The notes under the pieces are model-generated. The model was not told the origin of the DNA, searched no databases, and was given only the letters and a program-made list of their open reading frames with translations. Shown in pieces: positions 6,345 to 12,131 of a stretch of DNA of 12,131 bases (the stretch's first letter is position 1; every line of letters begins with the position of its first letter). Origin of the DNA: Hadesarchaea archaeon (lineage in GTDB: Archaea > Hadarchaeota > Hadarchaeia > Hadarchaeales > Hadarchaeaceae); NCBI GenBank assembly GCA_030619825.1, contig JAUXAS010000023.1:1-12131 (forward strand). Direction: 5' to 3'. The translations under genes were made by a program, and so were the position numbers.

Positions 6345-7730
6345 TTAACGATACCAAGGCAGGCAGCGTGTTAAATATTCGGAGATAAACTCGCGAACTT
6401 TTTCATTCTTGCAGAGCTGGACTATATCCTTCCTTCTGTAAATCTGATATCTCCTTGCGATGGCTTCACCCACGTGCTTGCCTAAGGTCGTGCGCTCCCC
6501 CAACGCCTGCTCGAGTACTTTCTTCGCCTTCGCTTGCTCGCGCTCGATCTCAAAGACCAGCCTTCCTGTAGTGTCGACGAATGGGCCGGCGAATTTTCGC
6601 TTCGATTTTAGGTGAGTGTGGATGAAATCCCCCACCTCAATCGAAATTGGAGGTCCGAAGCGGGTGCGAACTCGGGGCAGCTTCTCCACCGCCAACTCGA
6701 GTAGGATGAGGGCCTGAGAATTTGACCACACGTCGCTCCGCATCACCTCAAATCCAGCCCGCGCCAGCCGCGTCACAAGGGCTCGCTCGGCCTTCCGGAG
6801 CTGAGGGTAAAGCACGTCAGGGACAACATCGGGTGGGGAGAAGGTAACGCAAAAGAGTGTTGTTCCCCTCCGCTCCAACGTCGCCTGAATCTCTCGCACG
6901 CTCAGCCTTTGCACGGGCCTCGGGAAGAAAAACAGTTTTCCCGGCTCCTGCGCGAAATCTTGACATGCCCGAACGAAGGTGGCAAAGCTCTGTGTCGACA
7001 CCGCGGCACCCACATTCCGGCTGGCGTCGACGGGATCGATCACAATTAGTGGCTGCCCCTCGAAGAGCGCTCGGGGCTCGGCCTCGTCCGCGTAGCTTCG
7101 TTCTGGGTCGATGACGACACTCGGCCTCCACCGACTTGCCGCCTTGACGAGTTTTTCAAATGAACCGTAGTGCAGTACTAACAGCTCACAGAGGTAGCCC
7201 GAGAATCCCTGTACCCTGAGCTCGGCCCCGTAAATCCCGGTACCCAACATGAACTGCTTGAGCAGAAGGACCTCATCCGTGAGCCCGGGCGTCAGCTGCT
7301 TCTTCACGTAGCGCTGGTGGTGGGGGGAGCGGTCGACTGCGCTGCGGATCTCATTCGGCTTGGTGATATCGTAACAAGGGACGAGATCGACATCGAAGCC
7401 CTTGAATCGCATCGTCACGTAGGGGTGCTCGGCGAAGCTCTCCTTCCCGCGCTTACCGGCCACCTTCCGCGCCACCGCTAGCCCCTGGCGCTCGAGCTCC
7501 TCCCTCGAAAGCCCCTCGGGAAGGAGGATGAAGATATCGATATCGCGCTCGGAACGGAGCTAAGTGTTGCGGGCAGCGGAACCCACGAGCATCGCTTTCG
7601 CTTCGACACCCAGCTTGGAGCAGGCTGCGTTCGTCCGATTGATGAGCTCGGTCGCCACCCGATCGAGACGCTCCCCGTCGGCTGGGGTTGGCTTTTCCCG
7701 CTTTAGGATTGATTTCAAAATTTTATCCAT
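6345..7730 (-). CDS. cca: Archaeal class I CCA-adding tRNA nucleotidyltransferase (461 codons), interrupted by an in-frame TAG at codon 57 (7560-7562)
   Basis: The true ATG is at 7730 with SD-like GGGAGT. It reads MDKILKSILKREKPT...MLVGSAARNT*LRSERDIDIFILLP and continues in frame into FAEHPYV, DVDLVPCY, SAVDRSPHH, LLKQF, YGAE..VQGFSGYLCELL, DPVD..RNVGAA and LYPQL. The ORF track (7475 start) misses the catalytic N-terminus. Functional versus pseudogene status is unresolved. Confidence 0.93.
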
Positions 7731-7790
7731 TTACTCCCGAACACCGATTTATGGCTGGCGTTAAATGTCTAGCGCTTTCTCAAGATGACT

Positions 7791-8819
7791 TCACAGTTTC
7801 CAATAGCTCGCGAGCCCCCGCTTGAGCTCATCGATAACGTTGGGGCGACGAGGTTCGACGGGCGTTGGATGTTTCTCTCCGGCAAGGGTTTTCACAACAT
7901 TTACTACTCCCTCCGCCAAAGCATCGAGCACGTAGCCACCTTCGAGCACAAACACCACCCGCCCCTTGCACAGCCTCTCAGCTTGCTCGACGACAAAACG
8001 TGTGAGCCATCCATAAGCGAGTGTTGATAGTTGCAGCTGTGTGAGCGGATCATCGGCATACGCGTCGAACCCGGCGGAGACCGCGAAGAGCTCGGGCTTA
8101 AATTGCTCGGTAAGCGGCACGAAAATTTCTTCCATGACCCCCATGTATTCAGCATCGCCGCTCCTGGGAGGCATGGGCACGTTGACGGTATATCCCTTAC
8201 CACCCCCCGAGCCCAGCTCGTGGACGAAGCCAGTTCCGGGGTAAAGCGTGAGTGGGTTTTGATGTAACGAGAGGAAGAGCACGCTCGGGTCCTCGTAGAA
8301 GATGTCCTGAGTGCCGTTGCCGTGGTGAGCGTCGAAGTCTAGGACGAATATTCGTCTTAGCTTGAACTCCCGCTTCATGCGCTCGATCATCACCGCGAGG
8401 TTGTTGAAGTAGCAGAATCCCCCGCCCCGCGCTCGGGAAGCGTGGTGGCCCGGGGGGCGGACCAAGGCAAACGCGTTCGAGGCCTCACCCGAGAGCACCG
8501 CGCGCCCGGCATCTATCGTCCCTCCCGCGGCGAGCAGCGCGAGCTCGAAGGTGTTCCTGCGCACCGGGGTGTCGGCATCGAGGGGTCGCTCAGACTTGCT
8601 CAGGTGTTCGACGAGTTTGACGTGCTCGGCATCATGAACAAGCTCGATATCCTCACGTTCAGCTGGCTTGGGCTCGAGTACTCTCACGTTTGGCGTTCCC
8701 CAGAGCTTTGCCCGCCTCAGCGAATCCACAATCGTCTTCAAGCGCTCGGGCCGCTCGGGGTGCCCCCCGCTCGGTTTGTGCTCGAGGTATTTCTCGGAGT
8801 AAACGAGGGTAGTCGACAT
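7791..8819 (-). CDS. Zn-dependent histone deacetylase-family (HDAC/AcuC-like) protein
   Basis: HPERPERL, RPPGHHA, GFCYFNN, DFDAHHGNGTQDIFY, SLHQ, YPGTG, VNVPMP, SAGFD...DPL and LEGGY. Confidence 0.95.
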   Translation of the reverse strand: MSTTLVYSEKYLEHKPSGGHPERPERLKTIVDSLRRAKLWGTPNVRVLEPKPAEREDIELVHDAEHVKLVEHLSKSERPLDADTPVRRNTFELALLAAGGTIDAGRAVLSGEASNAFALVRPPGHHASRARGGGFCYFNNLAVMIERMKREFKLRRIFVLDFDAHHGNGTQDIFYEDPSVLFLSLHQNPLTLYPGTGFVHELGSGGGKGYTVNVPMPPRSGDAEYMGVMEEIFVPLTEQFKPELFAVSAGFDAYADDPLTQLQLSTLAYGWLTRFVVEQAERLCKGRVVFVLEGGYVLDALAEGVVNVVKTLAGEKHPTPVEPRRPNVIDELKRGLASYWKL

Positions 8820-8822
8820 GGT

Positions 8823-9494
8823 TCATTTCTCCACGAGCTTTGCTTGCTTGATGATTAAATATCCGTTGGTCCCCCGCCAGACACGCTCTACCTCGACGGG
8901 CTCGATGCGCTTCTTGAAAAATGGTGCATCTAGGACGAGGCTCTCGTACTCACCTCCCTCCCCGCTCAAGTTGACCTTGTATTTACGATTGAGCTCGAGC
9001 AAATCGCGTACCGCCGCCTCGTCGAGCTTCCTTCCCAACCAGTTCTCATCGAGGCCTTCAGCAGAAACACTTGTCACGATCGCCTCGAAGCCCGCTGCGA
9101 TGAACTCCCGCAAAAGCTCGAGGGGCTCCCTCCCCCAGAGGGGTGCTATCGACTTCAAACCGAGTTCCTCGCAGATGCGGTCTATGCGGCTCTTTTGATA
9201 GTTCGAGGCTATTGCGCCGCTTACCACGCCCTCAACGTCAAGCGTTTGAAGCACTCGTTTCAGATCCTCCAGCTCTGCCTCACGCTCGCCGCTCGTTTCG
9301 GCCTTGATGAGGGGTAAACCCGCACACTCGGCAAGCAAGTCAATGAGCTGAATGTTGGAGAAGTGAAACATCCAGGAGTCCTCTCGCATCGGAATCATTG
9401 CTACTACTTGCGCGACCTCGTGTTCCTGTTGCATTGCGAGCCAGAGCGCATACACGGAATCCTTTCCGCCTGAGCAAAGAACTGTAACCCGCAT
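8823..9494 (-). CDS. dph6: Diphthine--ammonia ligase (PP-loop ATPase, Dph6/DUF71 family)
   Basis: PP-loop SGGKDS, SWMFH, GAIASNYQKSR, APLWG, WLGRKLD and GEGGEYESLVLDAPFFKKRI. Start is ATG 9494 (MRVTVL) or ATG 9500. Confidence 0.9.
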   Translation of the reverse strand: MRVTVLCSGGKDSVYALWLAMQQEHEVAQVVAMIPMREDSWMFHFSNIQLIDLLAECAGLPLIKAETSGEREAELEDLKRVLQTLDVEGVVSGAIASNYQKSRIDRICEELGLKSIAPLWGREPLELLREFIAAGFEAIVTSVSAEGLDENWLGRKLDEAAVRDLLELNRKYKVNLSGEGGEYESLVLDAPFFKKRIEPVEVERVWRGTNGYLIIKQAKLVEK

Positions 9495-9516
9495 TCCCAT
9501 CAAAGAAAGCTATGCC

Positions 9517-9523
9517 CTTAAAT
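9517..9523. promoter_or_regulatory. Possible shared TATA box of a compact divergent promoter
   Basis: CTTAAAT on + (ATTTAAG on -) lies in the middle of a gap of about 55 nt between the dph6 start and ATG 9554. Confidence 0.35.
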
Positions 9524-9553
9524 CAGATAAACTCCAACGGTTTTTGGGGGAAT

Positions 9554-9919
9554 ATGAAAACTATCAGAGCTTTCGCCGCGTTTATCGCTCTCGTGATCGG
9601 AGTGTACCTCTTGCTCGAGGGGGTTTACCCATCCCCCCAAAGCTTGGTCGATGCGGCCTTCATGGGGCTGGGTGCGGCGCTCATACTCGGTTATTTCCAG
9701 CTGATCGGCGATTATTTCCAGCGCCGGCTCAGGATGCCTCCCGAGATGACCTTCATGCCGGTCCTGCTTGTGCTGGGGCTCGTCGTGCTGGGCTTCGGTC
9801 TGGTCCGACCTGGGCTGGCCTCGATTGAACTCAGGCTTTCGCTCGCGATCCCAGGGCTCGTGCTCGCCGTCTATGCCATTTTCAGGACGTTGAAGGCGAT
9901 CAAGGAGCGGGGCTTATAG
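9554..9919 (+). CDS. Hypothetical membrane protein, about 4 TM helices (121 aa)
   Basis: ATG 9554 follows SD-like GGGGG. It encodes four hydrophobic stretches and a basic C-terminus, with GC-rich codon usage like the neighbours. Confidence 0.75.
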   Translation: MKTIRAFAAFIALVIGVYLLLEGVYPSPQSLVDAAFMGLGAALILGYFQLIGDYFQRRLRMPPEMTFMPVLLVLGLVVLGFGLVRPGLASIELRLSLAIPGLVLAVYAIFRTLKAIKERGL

Positions 9920-10006
9920 GCTGAGCACAGCATCCGCTCAAAAGGATTATCTTATAACAGCAAAGAGTTTGTGGGAAAAAGTGTAAATTAAATTGGAGGT
10001 TAAAAA

Positions 10007-10243
10007 ATGGAAAAGGCCTGCGAAAGCTGTGGAATGCCGATGAAAACAGCTGAGGAGCACGGCGGCGGGGATATAAACAATCCTTATTGCAAATATTGCA
10101 CTGACGCAGAAGGCAAACTCAAAAGTAGGGAAGAGGTTAGGGAAGGGATGATTCAGTTCTACGTGAAGAGCCAAGGAAAGCCCAGAGAGGAGGCAGAAAA
10201 ATCCGTTGATGAGAACATGCGCAAAATGCCTGCGTGGAAATAA
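10007..10243 (+). CDS. Small zinc-ribbon protein (Zn_ribbon_2-like)
   Basis: CESCGMPM...G....N..YCKYC, ending MPAWK. Strong SD GGAGGT at 9995-10000 and TATA-like CTTATAA at about 9951. Confidence 0.85.
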   Translation: MEKACESCGMPMKTAEEHGGGDINNPYCKYCTDAEGKLKSREEVREGMIQFYVKSQGKPREEAEKSVDENMRKMPAWK

Positions 10244-10304
10244 TAAATTGTTTTAGATGTTGGTAAATGGGAGCTAAAAAATCCATTGGTCGGCGTGGTT
10301 GGAT

Positions 10305-10703
10305 ATGTCAGCAAGGAACAGAACAGCTATGATAATTGCGATTATGGCGGGTATATTGCTGTTCGTAGCAGGTGTGAGCGGTGTAGCAGCATGGGAAGCG
10401 ATCAAGACGTTTGTCACTATGCATATAATCGATAATATTGCGGTGCAGATCGTTTTTGTGATATTGATTTTCATCGCATCCCTTGGCGGCATTTCTGTCA
10501 TTATTGGAGGTTTGCTGATCGGAAAAAATAAAGTAAGGACTGGAAAGTTTACCATTTCTCTCGGGGCAGGAATGGGATTAATTGGATTGATAGTCTCTAT
10601 TGTGATGGCTGTTGTGGCAAACTCTCTCATTATTGGCGAGTTTATGTCAATAGGTGGAATCGGATTGTTTCTCTCGATTGTCGCAAGAGTTGTTGCTAAG
10701 TAA
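10305..10703 (+). CDS. Hypothetical Gly/Ile-rich membrane protein, about 4 TM helices (132 aa)
   Basis: Hydrophobic segments (IIAIMAGILLFVAG, VFVILIFIASLGGISVIIGGLL, GAGMGLIGLIVSIV, IGGIGLFLSIVAR). ATG 10305 is preferred over TTG 10299. Confidence 0.75.
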   Translation: MSARNRTAMIIAIMAGILLFVAGVSGVAAWEAIKTFVTMHIIDNIAVQIVFVILIFIASLGGISVIIGGLLIGKNKVRTGKFTISLGAGMGLIGLIVSIVMAVVANSLIIGEFMSIGGIGLFLSIVARVVAK

Positions 10704-10766
10704 AGAAGAAAATCTCCCTCTATGGGTCGGAAAAGTGTCAAGGCCAAAGCTTGGCTATCCTTGTTT

Positions 10767-10780
10767 AAAAAATATTAAAA
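10767..10780 (-). terminator. Oligo-T terminator-like tract after the permease gene
   Basis: The minus strand reads TTTT AATA TTTTTT just after the TAA at 10783. A GCCAA-AGC-TTGGC hairpin (10743-10755) lies in the same convergent gap. Confidence 0.4.
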
Positions 10781-10782
10781 TA

Positions 10783-11844
10783 TTATAATCCAAAAGCTGA
10801 TAGCACGACATCCTTCAGGCCTGCGAAATACAGGATGCAGGGCAACATGATAACTCCCATGCAGTGGGTGCGCTTAACCTTGGCCACCGCGGGGAGCACT
10901 CCAATCGCGGTTGCAGTTGCTAAAATGAGCAGCCCGAGCAAGCCCGCGTAACAAAACGTCATCACCGCCATGCCCGATATCACCGTCAGGCACATTCCTC
11001 GATAGGGCAGCCCCCCGATGTGGCGGGCCGCGAGCCTGCCGAGCCTCAGATGAAGCACCGTCGCGATTCCTCCCGCCACCAGCGCCACCCCGATTAGAAA
11101 AAGCATCTCGTTGAACCCGACCTTATCCACGAGCTGGTCAACAGCCACAGCCGCGCCGCTCCGGGGGCGGGCTATCGCGTAGAGTGCCACGAAGGAAAAG
11201 AGGGCCTTCGCCGTGTTCACCCCGCTCACCCCCACCAAGAACTCACGCGTGCCGCTCGAGCGGGTCACCAGCTGGGCGAGCACCGTCCCCTGCGAGGGGC
11301 CTATGCCCGGGATGATGCCCGTCAGGACGCCAGCCCCAGTTCCCGCACACAAAGCTCTCGCGTTTTCACGGAACTCGAGCGGCTCCAAGTTATCAACGTT
11401 TTGTTTGGGAAGGCTGCTATTGCGGACGGCGCTGAGCAGGAGAACGCTCACCCCGAAGAGCCCGCTGAGCAAGGGCAGGAGGGCCACATCTCCCCTAACC
11501 AGGTTGGTGTCTAACGTGAACAGACCCATCAAACCGGAGAGCAGAAAAATTGCCATCGCCCACAAGATGCCTGAACGCGAGCGCTCGAGCGCAATCATGA
11601 CCACGATCACCGCGAGCAGTAGCAAGTGCATCTGAGGCTGGATGAACATGTAGGCGGGGGCGAATACGAGCGAGAGGGGCAGGGCGAGCGCGGCGCTCAA
11701 CATCAGGGCACCTAAGCAACCGAACGCGGTGAGGCGGATGACCTCGTACCCTCGCCCCTCGAGCAGCAGGCGGTGGGCGGGCAGCACCGAGAGCTCGGTC
11801 CCGGGCTCGGGCGCCCCCAAGAAGGTCGCCGGGATGTAGCTGAT
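10783..11844 (-). pseudogene. Archaeal tripartite tricarboxylate transporter TctA-like permease (DUF112/COG1784), 5'-truncated or interrupted
   Basis: ISYIPATFLGAPEPGTELSVLPAHRLLLEGRGYE, PLLSGLFGVS, G..PGIGPSQ, EFLVGVSGVNT, PRSGAAVA and VKRTHCMG. Family similarity ends at 11844, an in-frame TAA lies at 11857-11859, there is no ATG start, and the usual N-terminal GxxPGxHxN...HTF segment is absent. Confidence 0.8.
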
Positions 11845-12131
11845 TATAGGTGAACTTTATCGGTATTTATTTTTGGGCATCCGGCGACTCGGCGAAAAGC
11901 TCTTGGTAAGGCGAACTTCTTTATTTTCTCTCTCTGCAGCGCTTCGTGGCTATTCTTTTGAGGATAAAGTCCGTTCGTTGTTTTTGAGTCATCCCCTTTG
12001 TTTTCTCAGTCCATTCTAGCGCCAATGCGCGATTTCTTAAAAGTGCCTCTCGATCTCCGCATAGTGTCCAAATCTCATCAAGCCATTTCCTAGCATCTAT
12101 GTCGCCAACTACACCTAATCCTTCATAGATA
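11844..12131. mobile_element. Probable end of an inserted element that interrupts the permease gene
   Basis: GC drops from 47/60 at 11761-11820 to 26/60 at 11941-12000. Direct repeats TTATAGGT (11844-11851) and TTATCGGT (11857-11864) begin exactly at the breakpoint. No integrase or transposase is visible in the window. Confidence 0.45.
11921..12130 (-). CDS. C-terminal 69 aa of an unidentified protein (partial; absent from the ORF track)
   Basis: The frame is open from the window edge: IYEGLGVVGDIDARKWLDEIWTLCGDREALLRNRALALEWTEKTKGMTQKQRTDFILKRIATKRCRERK, with TAA at 11921-11923. Confidence 0.6.
   Translation of the reverse strand: MYEGLGVVGDIDARKWLDEIWTLCGDREALLRNRALALEWTEKTKGMTQKQRTDFILKRIATKRCRERK

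Noticed and set aside
8046..8078. HDAC motif GFDAYADDPL with Tyr in place of the common His
   Set aside because: The metal ligands (DxH and the Asp of GFD), the HH dyad and EGGY are intact, and this position is not a Zn ligand.
10274..10747. 157-aa minus-strand ORF and other overlapping ORFs in the track (e.g. 2297-2893, 5815-6261, 8442-8858, 11213-11635)
   Set aside because: These are antisense or alternative-frame shadows of better-supported genes and carry no family motifs.
1..12131. CRISPR arrays, tRNA/rRNA genes, transposases, long repeats
   Set aside because: None seen by eye. The window is nearly all coding, and frequent short palindromes (GAGCTC, CTCGAG) follow from CTC/GAG codon usage.

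Overview
Archaeal chromosomal window, inferred from an archaeal class I CCA-adding enzyme, ThpR, Dph6, an archaeal COG1784/TctA-type permease and TATA-like boxes; the lineage cannot be fixed from sequence alone. Left to right: the end of an upstream gene; a His/Cys-rich membrane protein that probably starts at CTG; an N-terminally shortened, motif-degenerate FdrA/YahF homologue divergent from a PPC(DUF296)-cytosine deaminase pair; a PHP-HAD-Mth938-thpR operon converging on a dph6-HDAC-cca unit; a small membrane protein; a lower-GC two-gene patch (Zn-ribbon and membrane protein); and a TctA-family permease whose 5' end is replaced by lower-GC DNA. The strongest anomalies are (1) one in-frame TAG at the conserved Trp inside the catalytic motif of an otherwise intact cca gene, (2) a sharp junction at about 11844 with recombinase-site-like TTATnGGT repeats that truncates the permease, and (3) a three-way-junction/kissing-loop fold candidate between codA and the PHP gene. 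All family assignments come from motif recognition by eye; no database searches were run.
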